DNA of 64,000 nt from Candidatus Latescibacterota bacterium. Lineage in GTDB: Bacteria > Latescibacterota > UBA2968 > GCA-2709665. Shown in pieces: positions 50,181 to 60,379 of this stretch. Location of the stretch: contig CAXXXF010000016.1 of NCBI GenBank assembly GCA_963667175.2, forward strand, positions 352,001 to 416,000, in the 5' to 3' direction. Under the pieces are notes generated by a model. The model saw only the letters and a program-made list of their open reading frames with translations. It did not search any database and had not been told where the DNA came from. The stretch's first letter is position 1, and each line of letters starts with the position of its first letter. The translations under genes were made by a program, and so were the position numbers.

Positions 50181-53156
50181 TCACCAATCTGGGGGGAGCG
50201 GTCGCCACTCCGACTCGTCCGAACATCCGCCAAAGTGGCCACAATAACGCCATTCACGAAGCGATTCCAAAGGCAAAGTGACAGCAATTACTGCGTTAGT
50301 ATCCCGCTCAACAAGCCGACACAAATCTCTCTCCCAGCGAGTTCTTTTTGGTGCCCAAGCTCTGCAATCGGAATAGTGTCCGTTATTGGCGACACCAACG
50401 ATTGCATTAAGTTGCAAACCTGCCGTTTGTATCAGATGGTCGTAGGATGACGTGTCTTTGTTCCACGCAGGCACAGCGACGAATTCGACCCGCCCTGCAA
50501 GATCAGAGATTCGGTACGCCTCAATCAATTCACTGCAAATCAACACTGAAATGCTGCCGTACTGGCTTTCGACGACCGTACGGGGTCGTGACTCGCGTTT
50601 ATCCCTTTTTTCGAACGAGACGTTTAGTTCATTGAGTTTCGTAAATTCCTCTCTCGCAGGGAATTCCTTTGTCCACGGCCAAGTAGCCGTCGAGTTAAAT
50701 GGACCAGGTATAACCGCGTATACCTGATTGAATACAATTCGATCACTTGGACGATGTAGATATTCGAGTCCGACGATTAGACCAAAGCTACCAAACCTGG
50801 AGACATGGGTAGCAACTTCGCGGAACCAAGCACGGGGAAGCGATAACTCTGGCAGGACAAGCAGGCTTGGAGAGGGATGGTGCCGTTGTGCAAATTCGTT
50901 ACTCTTGGCTAGAATCTCAGTTAAGTCCCGGAGTCGCTCCACAGTCAGTACTGGATCACCAGTGTTCGACGCGGACTTTCGAGTCGCCGCTCGCGTGAAG
51001 AATTCTTCCGACAATACCAGATTACCCAAAATGAGTTGTGGGTTGGCGAAATCATCATCGCCTAATTCGACCCTTCCGGGTATATAGACCGTGTGCTCAT
51101 CGATTACCTCGCCAACGGGATCGGAGTATTGAGTGCCACGAATCGCATTGACCATTTCCAGTAATTCGGTGAATACTTCAGAACGCAGACCAGCCTCGGT
51201 CCGGTACAATACACGACGTGCCACATCAAAGTACGAAGGCGGACGAGTACACAAAAACAAACGAACTGGTGACATTATCCATGGCCTATCGTCAAGCCTT
51301 CGACATATCTCAACGAATTCGTTAACACGACTAAAGCGCTGTATGAGTTCCGCATCATAGCTGCTAAAACCATCGTTCTGTAAGCGTACATTGTTCGAGG
51401 CGTCGTCAAAGGCGTCGTCCTCCCGATCAAACGCCCTGAGGTCTGCGGCCGCAAGTAACCTCGCCCGCGCGAGTAGCGTACTCCACTGAATGGTTCGAGT
51501 CCGATTCAAGACGCCACTGCGAAGCCATCTCGGCGGGGAATCAGGATAATGTGGCGATATCACGCTGCATATCGCCTCGATTCTCATTGTATGTAGATAA
51601 TTTCGAAGCCATACCCAACTGTTGGACAACGTAATTTCTCTGTCTCGATGGAAGAGTTTTACTGCTGCAGCTCGGAGTTTCTCCACATCAATCCAAATAT
51701 CGTCCATGTAGCTATACAGAACATCTGTGTGTTCCCAGTCGCGTGCACGAATCCCTAACTTTAACATCCGAAGAGCCACGTCTAAATTCTCCACCCAATC
51801 GACTTCGCTACTTAAGAAGCGAATGGTCTCATCCAAGGCCCGCTTTACCAATCCACTCGCACTATCTCTCTCAGCAAGAATGGTAGCCCGCTCTAGCGAA
51901 CGTAACCTTGTAGCAAGCTCGAAATGTTCAAGGCGGGTCCGGTCCGCTTCGCGTAAGACTGTCAGAGGACGCCCGGGCGGTCCAACGTGAAGTAGACTTT
52001 GTTGTCCGTTTTCGTGAAAAATCGTCGGATCCAAGAACGCACGGCTGCCACTTACCAGGCGTCCAAAATCCCTGCGGACACTTGCAAGGAAATCACTACC
52101 TGAAACATCAGAAAGGTAGTACGCCTTACACTTTGACCTTTGAATTCGAAATTCAGAACCCGGTCTCTTAATCGCACTCTCGTCGATACGAAACGCTGAA
52201 TTCTCGATATGTAGATGGGGTATATGATCGAGAATGACCTGATCCACATCACGAGACTGATCCCCTTCTACGCGGGCGAGAATCGCGAAGTCATCGACGT
52301 ATCGCTTGTAACATCGCGTGTTCGGCCGCTTTTCAATGGACTGGTCTAAATTGGATAATGCCAGGTTCGCCACTAGGCGACTCGTAAGCGCACCAATCGG
52401 AATACCTGTAGTCCAACTAAGACCTGTCCGGCGTGCGGCGCGATGTTGAAACCTGCGATAGAATCGAAGAAGCGAGGCTGCGGCTGAGCGATACCGTGAG
52501 ATTTGGAGGCTAGAATTCTCCATTGACGAAGACACGGACTCTTCAAGTTCGTCAACAAAGTCATCGTCGAGTAGAAATGATGGGTCCACGGTATCGTAGA
52601 AGCTCGTAAGGTCCGCACAGAGAAGGACAACCGAATGACCCTCCGATATCTCTTTTGTGGCAACGTCGATCGGGTTTGTTCGGAACTCTTCATAGCGCTT
52701 TGGCCAGTATTCGAACAGCCATCTACGGGTCTTACTCATGCGTCCGCTTTGAAGTTCTAGCCGGTAGCCGAGCGCACTTTTGGATAGAAGTGATTCAAGA
52801 ATCGGTCCAAATTGCCACAAAAACAGTACCTCTACAATCGCACACTCAGGGCTCGGCGTGTAGCGAATCTGAACGTCCAATCCTCCAATTGCATCATTTG
52901 ACGGCTTACCACCAATGTAGACAACGTTTTCATCATCATTCAACCTAAGTTTCTTCGGCACGACCCAGACTTCCCCCTCAGGCAGCCCATCGAACCAGCC
53001 GCCGTTGTCCGCCAATCGCGACGCCAACTCGTCAAGCCTTCGTCCCAAATTTCGCTCAAAGCGCGCTAATTCAACTAGCCCAACCCCACGGCGCTCAAAA
53101 AACAGCGCCACTTTCGCTTGTCTGTAGGCTAGGAAGAGTTCATCCGTTGTCGGCAT
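50181..53156 (-). CDS. Reverse transcriptase-nitrilase fusion (DRT1-like; UG1/UG5/UG6 architecture)
   Basis: AYRQAK..FE.NL N-terminus, GYRL, DLTSFYDTV, GIPIGALTSRLVANL, RYVDD; C-terminal nitrilase triad LPELS / K / ICSEL. Confidence 0.88.
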   Translation of the reverse strand: MPTTDELFLAYRQAKVALFFERRGVGLVELARFERNLGRRLDELASRLADNGGWFDGLPEGEVWVVPKKLRLNDDENVVYIGGKPSNDAIGGLDVQIRYTPSPECAIVEVLFLWQFGPILESLLSKSALGYRLELQSGRMSKTRRWLFEYWPKRYEEFRTNPIDVATKEISEGHSVVLLCADLTSFYDTVDPSFLLDDDFVDELEESVSSSMENSSLQISRYRSAAASLLRFYRRFQHRAARRTGLSWTTGIPIGALTSRLVANLALSNLDQSIEKRPNTRCYKRYVDDFAILARVEGDQSRDVDQVILDHIPHLHIENSAFRIDESAIKRPGSEFRIQRSKCKAYYLSDVSGSDFLASVRRDFGRLVSGSRAFLDPTIFHENGQQSLLHVGPPGRPLTVLREADRTRLEHFELATRLRSLERATILAERDSASGLVKRALDETIRFLSSEVDWVENLDVALRMLKLGIRARDWEHTDVLYSYMDDIWIDVEKLRAAAVKLFHRDREITLSNSWVWLRNYLHTMRIEAICSVISPHYPDSPPRWLRSGVLNRTRTIQWSTLLARARLLAAADLRAFDREDDAFDDASNNVRLQNDGFSSYDAELIQRFSRVNEFVEICRRLDDRPWIMSPVRLFLCTRPPSYFDVARRVLYRTEAGLRSEVFTELLEMVNAIRGTQYSDPVGEVIDEHTVYIPGRVELGDDDFANPQLILGNLVLSEEFFTRAATRKSASNTGDPVLTVERLRDLTEILAKSNEFAQRHHPSPSLLVLPELSLPRAWFREVATHVSRFGSFGLIVGLEYLHRPSDRIVFNQVYAVIPGPFNSTATWPWTKEFPAREEFTKLNELNVSFEKRDKRESRPRTVVESQYGSISVLICSELIEAYRISDLAGRVEFVAVPAWNKDTSSYDHLIQTAGLQLNAIVGVANNGHYSDCRAWAPKRTRWERDLCRLVERDTNAVIAVTLPLESLREWRYCGHFGGCSDESEWRPLPPDW

Positions 53157-53258
53157 GGGTCGCGCTATTTTAGTGACAAATGAACCGCTTGCGGCTAGTG
53201 CACCACGTAGCTCGGAAATCCCGATGCATGTGTTCGCCGGTTCCTGTCAGTTATTGGT

Positions 53259-53467
53259 CTATACCCGAAACACCTTCATCACCTCGTCCCCGAGGTGGTC
53301 GATTACCTTTGCCTCAATCTGGCCGGACATTGGTTTGGCGAAAGGCCGGCATGTGTCGCTACGGAGCGGTTACCAGGCTTCTTGGTTTATTTCGGCTTTA
53401 AGGGTGTTCTTGAGCAACTTAAAGGGGTCGTCTGCGTCGAGAGAGTAGGCCTGGCGAACGAAGAAGC
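53259..53467 (-). pseudogene. Degenerate copy of the 3' end of the DNA methyltransferase gene
   Basis: FFVRQAYSLDADDPFKLLKNTLKAEINQEAW*PLRSDTCRPFAKPMSGQIEAKVIDHLGDEVMKVFRV*; colinear with 57581-57789, one internal stop. Confidence 0.92.
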
Positions 53468-53552
53468 AACGCTTGTCTTCGGCGGCATTAACAGAATAGG
53501 GGCCTAAGAAGCAGGTAGGGTGACTGTTGGATGCAATTCTCTTATTCTTCGG

Positions 53553-54731
53553 TCAGGTGCAGAGATCAAACGTCACCCTGACGTACCCACCTTTGTCGTC
53601 TTGCATTAAATCGGGCTCGGTTCCGTTGAAGTCGAGCATAGACTTGCGCATCACGGGCCATCCCCGACCCCGCTGCTCCATGAATCCCTTGGCAACCATA
53701 ATGTTTGCCATCAGTTCGTTCCGCGATCGTGGATGGGCTCCCGCACGGACGCTCTCAACCGTCATATGATTTGGCAGCGTACCGGGACTACTCACGTCGA
53801 TGTGCTCAGAGAAGACTTCAAGAAGCACTCGTGAACCGGTGATCGCGTAATCCCTATGCACAACGGCGTTGACTAACGCTTCCCTGAGCGCTGCTTCAGG
53901 CAAAAGCCAACGGTCTCTCCTGGTCAGTCCTCGATACGACTCGAATCGACCAAGACCGTGGAACCAACCGACGGCACGTCTGACCTGTTCATCCAATCGA
54001 CCAGTCGCGTCTGCTACCTGAAGCGTATTCGAAGCCCGGTCCTTGCCTTCATAAGCGACGCATTCTATCCGAAAACTGTGCGTTTGTGGGTAGCGCTGCG
54101 GTTCCTTGCCGAATGCCAGCACACCGTAGAGGGTGGGGTGCAAACCGTCTCCCAACTGTGCCACCACCCCCCGATTACGGAGGTCGTCCACGTCGTCCGG
54201 CTGAGGCTCTCCCAGAACGTCGAGTCCAATTGCCTGCAAATATTCGCGAAAGCACTGGAGATCAATTTGCTCCGGTGTTGCAGCCTGAATCGGGCGTTCC
54301 TCGGTCATAATGTAGCCGAAAGCGTTGTAGAGTTCCTGTAATTCGCTGGCCGACGGCTCGACGTTGCTGCGTTCGCGTCGGACCCAAACACGGCCATCGT
54401 AGCGCATCGGCTCGAAACTTCGCTGACGGGGCACTTCGATCCAGTGAATCCATCCGTTAGGGTCTTCATGACGTCCACCTTGGGCAGAAACCGGCGTACT
54501 GCATCCGGTTTGGAGAAACGCCGTCAATCGCTCTTGTACCCTTTCCGCATCCTCTTTGACCCCGACGATTTCCTGGGATTTATTTACACCAATGACGATA
54601 AGTCCTCCCTCGGTGTTTGCGAATGCGCACATCGCCCTGCCGATTGGAGACAGGTCGCCAGGGCCGCGTTTGAACTCGGTGTGCCGATCCTCGCCCAATT
54701 CGACTCGCCTAAGGATGTTTAGCCAATCCAT
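53553..54731 (-). CDS. Schlafen/AlbA_2 + HATPase_c_4 (RecG-C-like) protein, copy 1
   Basis: GEDRHTEFKR, CAFANTEGG, REALVNAVVHRDY, SPGTLP, RSRN, MEQRGRG. Confidence 0.85.
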   Translation of the reverse strand: MDWLNILRRVELGEDRHTEFKRGPGDLSPIGRAMCAFANTEGGLIVIGVNKSQEIVGVKEDAERVQERLTAFLQTGCSTPVSAQGGRHEDPNGWIHWIEVPRQRSFEPMRYDGRVWVRRERSNVEPSASELQELYNAFGYIMTEERPIQAATPEQIDLQCFREYLQAIGLDVLGEPQPDDVDDLRNRGVVAQLGDGLHPTLYGVLAFGKEPQRYPQTHSFRIECVAYEGKDRASNTLQVADATGRLDEQVRRAVGWFHGLGRFESYRGLTRRDRWLLPEAALREALVNAVVHRDYAITGSRVLLEVFSEHIDVSSPGTLPNHMTVESVRAGAHPRSRNELMANIMVAKGFMEQRGRGWPVMRKSMLDFNGTEPDLMQDDKGGYVRVTFDLCT

Positions 54732-54742
54732 ATTGAACGACC

Positions 54743-57520
54743 TCAAAAACCGTACTTCAATCGGCGTAGACGAAACGCATCATCGCCTCCATCAACGGTC
54801 CTGACAATAGAGTCCCGGACGGACGGTTCCTCAATGGCCCCCGAATGCACGACACGGCCACGATTTGCAGTAGCGTCAAGTTGAATTACCTGATCCGCGT
54901 CACCATTAACGACAATATCGGCATTGTGCGTTGCGACGATGATTTGTCTTCGACCCTTTAGCCGTTTAAGTGCGGGGAGAACCGTATCAGATAGAAACCG
55001 GTTGTCAAGTTCATCCTCGGGCTGGTCGATAACCAATGGACGTTCATCGCTAGTCTCAAGCAGCAGCGATAGCAGCAAGCTAACTCGCTGCCCTCCTGAG
55101 AGGTCGTCCAAACGCCGATGGCGTCCATCATCCATCCTTAGTTCCAATAAGTAATGGTCGCTGCAGCGAATGGCCGCAAGGTACCTCTGCTTTGTACGCG
55201 TCAACTGTTCTCGGAATGTAGATTGAACAGCGGCACTCATGCCGACTTCATTCAACGTGTCGTCGCTCAAATGACTAAGCAATTCGATCGGAGACGGTCT
55301 GCTCTGATTCTCCAATTCGTTCCACCACCTTGTGATCCCTCTCTTGCTCAAATCTCTTAGAAAGCGGTCCAGTGGCCCGCGACTGCCGTCGTCCACGCGA
55401 CGGGCCGAAATCCGCCCATCGAATTCTGCGAAGATCGTCTCGGTCACCCGGTCAAATGCAGCCCTCTGTTCCCCAACGAGCCCTTCTCTTTCATCGAGTA
55501 GCCCCTGGAAAGTTCGTTCAGCCTCAGAAAGCTCTTTACGTACCTTATTCAGATTCGCCTCGTAACTCTCTCTGAGCGAAGACTGGACGTTTAATGCCTG
55601 CAACTCCTTAATCTGTGACCCGTCAAGTCCACGCTTCGCCAGAGCTCGATCAACCTCGGTGTGAATGCCCTGCTCCTGAAGCTTCAGTGTCTCCAATATC
55701 GACAATGTTTTTGCATCCCAATCTCTCAGTTCAACTTTCGCAGATCTGATGTGTTCTCGGATTCGATTCCATGCTTCCTGCAACTCCTCACTCCTCACTC
55801 CTACGCCCGCGTTATCCACTGATCCTACAAAATAGTCGCCGGATTTGGGCAAACTGAAACCGTCCGTAACTCCTATTGCACGATCGAGATGGGTTCCCAG
55901 ATCTTCAGACACCTCACAGCATTCCTGCCATTGACGAATCGCACGTGCGACTTCGTGCAGCTTCTCTACACCTGCCTCTGAGAATGCTTCAAGTTTATTG
56001 GCGGCGATAACTGTCCGCTCATATGCCTGCTCAGCCTCGGAGAGAACATCATCGAGTTCCGCCAAGTGTTTCGCCTGGCGGTCAAGTTCCTTGTCGATCG
56101 CGCTTAATCGAGTCTGACGCTCCACGATTCTTGACATCTGTGACGGAACAAGCCTCGTGAGAATCTCTTCCACGGCACTTGGTTCTTGTGCGAGCCGATG
56201 CAGTTCATTCTGTGCGTAAAATACCGCGGGCCACCTCTCACGATCCGGTGCGGTAGGATCCTGGCCCGGACAATCGAGTGAGACCTCAGCCGAACCAGCG
56301 AGAAACCTTTCCTTGCCACGTGCTTCTACCTGCTTTCTGATGCCGTCGTCTTGTGGCAATGCCGCATCGGTGTATAGTCGCAGTCCATCCAAAAACGTGC
56401 TCTTGCCCGTCATGCTGCCGCCGATAATGCATGTTAGATCAGGGCTGAGGTGGAAACTCGTGGCTGGCTCATTTTCTGCAGTTGTACCAAAAAACGACGC
56501 CCGCCCGTCGATTGTGACCGTCTTGAGCCAAGGCCGTTGGTTAATGGTGACATCGGGCGGGTTTGCAATCTCAACTAGACCGCCACTTGCGTCGCGTTCG
56601 TAACCGATGCGCACCCGCGAGTCGCTAGCGATAAAGGCCTGTCGAAGAGCCTCGACTCTTGGGCTCGCAAGCTTCAGCCACGTGTGACGCTTACCGATTT
56701 CGTCCACCGAATAGGCGTCGCTTCCGTGAAAAAACGCCAAGTGATTCGCAGCCATCCCTTCGGGCAACCACTCACGGTTTTTCATTGCGTCGTCGGCAAG
56801 TTTTCCGTCGCCAAGTTCAAGCCCAGTCACTTCACTATGGGGGAAGTTCTTTAGAACCTGCGCGTTGAGTGCTCCGAGAAGACCCTTATTGTTATCGATA
56901 TGGGGCGCAAGCGTAATGTAGTTCCATTCAGGCTGCCCACATTCGTCCAAGGGGCACTCTTGACGATGGAATTCACGCAGATCTCGGAAAACCTCGTCGG
57001 CGTTTTTGCTGGAGATTTGTAGGTCCTTGCCCCGCCATGGCGACACGCCACCCATGGCCAAATAAAACGCTTTCATATAACCATCACGACCGACCTCAGG
57101 ATCAAAGAGAAAAATGAGATGCAATCCTCGCTTTCCCTGTTTGAGTGACGGCTCGAAGCCGGGAAAGACAGCATATATCTTCTCCCTGAAGGGTTTTCCG
57201 TCATCGTCAACGCCAACGTTCCACTCATCTACGATTTGCCAGACTGCGCTCGTATCGACTCCTGTTTCAACACACGATGAATGCGGTGTAATGCCCAATA
57301 CTCGTACATCCCGAGCGGCCGCATTCTGTAGAAATATCCTAGCATATGCCTTAAGTGTCTCCTTGGATACGGGTCGACGAAATTTCACGCCGTTAGGAAC
57401 CTTCGCCCTGTCACCATCAATGTCATCTATTGTATGGATATGTAAGTCCGCCTTGAACCACCGTGCGCCCGGGACGTCCCGGTGCCAGTTGTCGGCCTCC
57501 TGCCGTTTAAAGAAATCCAT
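54743..57520 (-). CDS. PHP phosphoesterase + coiled-coil ATPase fusion (Ppl/TrlF-like)
   Basis: WFKADLHIHT, ITPH, GSDAY PHP motifs; GGSMTGKST, LSGGQR, IDQPEDELD, THNA. Confidence 0.85.
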   Translation of the reverse strand: MDFFKRQEADNWHRDVPGARWFKADLHIHTIDDIDGDRAKVPNGVKFRRPVSKETLKAYARIFLQNAAARDVRVLGITPHSSCVETGVDTSAVWQIVDEWNVGVDDDGKPFREKIYAVFPGFEPSLKQGKRGLHLIFLFDPEVGRDGYMKAFYLAMGGVSPWRGKDLQISSKNADEVFRDLREFHRQECPLDECGQPEWNYITLAPHIDNNKGLLGALNAQVLKNFPHSEVTGLELGDGKLADDAMKNREWLPEGMAANHLAFFHGSDAYSVDEIGKRHTWLKLASPRVEALRQAFIASDSRVRIGYERDASGGLVEIANPPDVTINQRPWLKTVTIDGRASFFGTTAENEPATSFHLSPDLTCIIGGSMTGKSTFLDGLRLYTDAALPQDDGIRKQVEARGKERFLAGSAEVSLDCPGQDPTAPDRERWPAVFYAQNELHRLAQEPSAVEEILTRLVPSQMSRIVERQTRLSAIDKELDRQAKHLAELDDVLSEAEQAYERTVIAANKLEAFSEAGVEKLHEVARAIRQWQECCEVSEDLGTHLDRAIGVTDGFSLPKSGDYFVGSVDNAGVGVRSEELQEAWNRIREHIRSAKVELRDWDAKTLSILETLKLQEQGIHTEVDRALAKRGLDGSQIKELQALNVQSSLRESYEANLNKVRKELSEAERTFQGLLDEREGLVGEQRAAFDRVTETIFAEFDGRISARRVDDGSRGPLDRFLRDLSKRGITRWWNELENQSRPSPIELLSHLSDDTLNEVGMSAAVQSTFREQLTRTKQRYLAAIRCSDHYLLELRMDDGRHRRLDDLSGGQRVSLLLSLLLETSDERPLVIDQPEDELDNRFLSDTVLPALKRLKGRRQIIVATHNADIVVNGDADQVIQLDATANRGRVVHSGAIEEPSVRDSIVRTVDGGDDAFRLRRLKYGF

Positions 57521-57580
57521 TGTGCATTCTCCGAGCGGAATTGGCACTCGTGGTTAAGTCGCTTAGCTTGCTGAGAGACA

Positions 57581-60379
57581 TCACACCCGAAACACCTTCA
57601 TCACCTCGTCGCCAAGGTGATTGATTACCTTTACCGCGATTCTGCCTGATTTCGGTTTTGCGAATGGCCGGGATGTGTCGCTGTGAAGGGTTTCCCAAGC
57701 TTCCTGGTTGATTTCGGCCTTGAGGGTTGTCTTGAGAGACTTGTACGGATCGTTCGCACCGAGGAAGTAGGCCTGGCGAACGAAGAAGCTCTCCTCGTTG
57801 TAGTCAGTGTCCACAAACCAGCAGGCGATTCCGTCGGCGTTATCGCTTCGGACCTCGCCGGTGTTGGGGTGGAAAACATCAACTCCATTGACTTTGACCT
57901 TGATTTGACCGTCTTCCGCGTCGAGGATGTCGATGTCCGGCTCCCCGAAGATGACAAATAGATTTCCTTTTCCCGTGTTCTTAAGGTCTTCGGCCATGTG
58001 GAGGTCGGCATTCATGCGCGCTTTGAGAACGGGGATTCGGCCAGCTTTGTTGAAGTCCGATGCGTGAGCATCGTAGTTGAAGGCACAGGCGATCAACACG
58101 TCGAAATCAGCATCGGCGGCCTCCCGGGCGGCCTGTACCAGATCGGGGCGGGAGACCGTACCGAATTCGGGCCCAACAAAGATACCAGCGCGTTTCTCCG
58201 AGCCGTATGACGCGTTGCCTTCAGCATACGTCCCCTCGGCGCAGACGAGGTCACCGGGCCAGGGTCTCATCCCAGAGAAATAAATCCGGTCTTCTTTGTG
58301 CGCCTGCTGGACGCCCGCGTTTTTGAGATTATCCAGGATCACCTCAGCGAAGTCCGGCTTTTCTCCGTAGCCGAGTTTCCCCTCGGCGACATTGTCTATC
58401 AATGCATCGTCTTCGTCGACACCGAGTAGTCGGTGCGGCGAGAGACTCTCGACCGTAAACGGTCCCGCTACCCTCACTTTCTTCTTGTCCTCGTACGGCT
58501 TGTCGTAAAGATACTCGGAATCGGCCTTTGCAGTGATCGAAGCGTCAATTTCCTTCTGCCGTGCGATGCGCTGTTCCCAGAAAGCAGTGAGAATCGGCTT
58601 AGTGGCCGGTGGCCAGTCGGGTGGCAGCTCTCGCGGGACCTCCCATTCTTCGAGCGTCCTCGCCTGGCCACCCGTTGCTGACAGCCGTCCGCGGAGTTTC
58701 GCGAGGTTCTCCTCATGTTTCTCCCAGATTACATCGATTTCGGCGTTGTTGGCGATGGACCTGAGCGTGATGTGAGGAACGCGTTCGTACACGAATCCCT
58801 GGCGAACGTCGTTATAAGTGGGCCGCTCCGGGGGAGCTTTGCGGGAGAGCGCGGCTTCCTTCAATTGCCCTTCTCTACTATCTGCAAGCAAATAATACGG
58901 ATAGCGTGCGCCCATGATGCGGGCGCGGGCCAGTGCCAGGGAGACTCGCGAGGTATCGATGGTGATCCAGCGGCGACCCCACTGCTCGGCGACGTAGGCC
59001 GTGGTGCCGGAGCCACAGGTGGGATCGAGGACTAAATCACCCGGGTCGCTCGTCATAAGTATACAGCGTTGGACTACCTTTCGTAGAGTTTGTACAACAT
59101 ACAGCTTTTCGTCACCGAATCCACTAATCCGTGTATCAAGCCACGTGGCATCAAGGCGAAAATAGGGGGCATCATTGAAATAGCGAATATATTCAGGCGT
59201 GTTGCCAAAACGCATAATTCGATTAGCGTTTTGGAGCCGGCACATGCCAGTGTAGTTTGTCTTCCATCCTCCCTTTCGTGGTGCATTTATCTTATAGCCC
59301 TCCATCTCAAACGGAAATATCGTGGATTCGCTCCCAGTCTGAGATTTCAGGTTGAAATGACCAAAAAGCCGATCTCCATTCAAATCATCAGGGTTAGTGA
59401 TCCTTCTGACCTCGCCCTTATTCGACATAGCGAACTTGTACTGTAGTGCGCCCGCCTCGCCTTGCACCCTTTCGCGAAATAAACGACGAAATTTCAGTCG
59501 TGACTTATCTTTTGCGAACCACAAAATATAATCAAAGGTATCGTCAACATACCTTCCACCAAGTCCAGTTGTCTTGGCGAACTTCAAAACGACAATACAG
59601 TTCTCTTCACCGAAGATCTCGTCCATCAATGCTCGCATCCGATGCACGTTATCGTCACCAATCTGCATAAATAGCGACCCACTGTCTATCAGCAAATCCC
59701 GCGCAACTGTCAGCCGATCCCGCAGATACGTCAAATACGAATGAATCCCATCCCGCCATGTATCCCGAAACGCCTTCACCTGTTCCGGTTCGCGAGTGAT
59801 GTGATCGGCCTTGCCGTCCTTGACGTCGCGGCTGGTCGTTGACCACTGGAAGTTGGAGTTGAACTTGATGCCGTAGGGCGGGTCGATGTAGATGCACTGC
59901 ACCTTGCCGCGCAGCCCCTCCCGCTCCGCCAGCGACGCCATTACCTGCAAGCTGTCGCCGAGAATCATTCGATTCGACCAATTGGCGTCGTGTTGGTAGA
60001 ACTCCGTCTGGGCGTCAGCGCTCGGCAAACCATTGAAATCCGCGAAAAGGTCGGCTTGTGCGCCGTCGCCGTTCTCCTGCTCCGCTTCCGTCTGCCTAGT
60101 GCGCTGCCGCAGGTCGTCGATCAATACCTTCGGTTGTACCTTCTCTTGGATAAAAAGCGGTGGCGCTTGCACGACAAGATCAGACCAATTCTGTTCATCC
60201 TTCCCCCGCCAGACAAGCTGGGGGTCAAGATCCCGGTTGCGACGCGCGTACGCGACCTGGATCGGATTGCGGTCGTCTTCCGCCATCACCGCCTGATACT
60301 CAGCCGTGGGAATATTCTTCCGCGATGCGTCCTGGTGCCGCAGGGTTTCGACAGTCTTGGTCGATTTTCGTTTCGCCAT
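57581..60379 (-). CDS. Site-specific adenine DNA methyltransferase (type III Mod-like, beta class)
   Basis: YIDPPYG catalytic motif precedes LVLDPTCGSGTT SAM-binding motif; 932 aa. Confidence 0.92.
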   Translation of the reverse strand: MAKRKSTKTVETLRHQDASRKNIPTAEYQAVMAEDDRNPIQVAYARRNRDLDPQLVWRGKDEQNWSDLVVQAPPLFIQEKVQPKVLIDDLRQRTRQTEAEQENGDGAQADLFADFNGLPSADAQTEFYQHDANWSNRMILGDSLQVMASLAEREGLRGKVQCIYIDPPYGIKFNSNFQWSTTSRDVKDGKADHITREPEQVKAFRDTWRDGIHSYLTYLRDRLTVARDLLIDSGSLFMQIGDDNVHRMRALMDEIFGEENCIVVLKFAKTTGLGGRYVDDTFDYILWFAKDKSRLKFRRLFRERVQGEAGALQYKFAMSNKGEVRRITNPDDLNGDRLFGHFNLKSQTGSESTIFPFEMEGYKINAPRKGGWKTNYTGMCRLQNANRIMRFGNTPEYIRYFNDAPYFRLDATWLDTRISGFGDEKLYVVQTLRKVVQRCILMTSDPGDLVLDPTCGSGTTAYVAEQWGRRWITIDTSRVSLALARARIMGARYPYYLLADSREGQLKEAALSRKAPPERPTYNDVRQGFVYERVPHITLRSIANNAEIDVIWEKHEENLAKLRGRLSATGGQARTLEEWEVPRELPPDWPPATKPILTAFWEQRIARQKEIDASITAKADSEYLYDKPYEDKKKVRVAGPFTVESLSPHRLLGVDEDDALIDNVAEGKLGYGEKPDFAEVILDNLKNAGVQQAHKEDRIYFSGMRPWPGDLVCAEGTYAEGNASYGSEKRAGIFVGPEFGTVSRPDLVQAAREAADADFDVLIACAFNYDAHASDFNKAGRIPVLKARMNADLHMAEDLKNTGKGNLFVIFGEPDIDILDAEDGQIKVKVNGVDVFHPNTGEVRSDNADGIACWFVDTDYNEESFFVRQAYFLGANDPYKSLKTTLKAEINQEAWETLHSDTSRPFAKPKSGRIAVKVINHLGDEVMKVFRV

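Noticed and set aside
50181-53156. RT as DGR, retron or group II intron, with mod remnants as template/variable repeats
   Set aside because: The nitrilase fusion indicates a UG/DRT RT, and differences among mod copies are not adenine-specific and are largely synonymous.
39310-54731. Duplications as a simple assembly artefact
   Set aside because: Copies are clearly diverged, with distinct stops and indels; a strain chimera cannot be fully excluded without reads.
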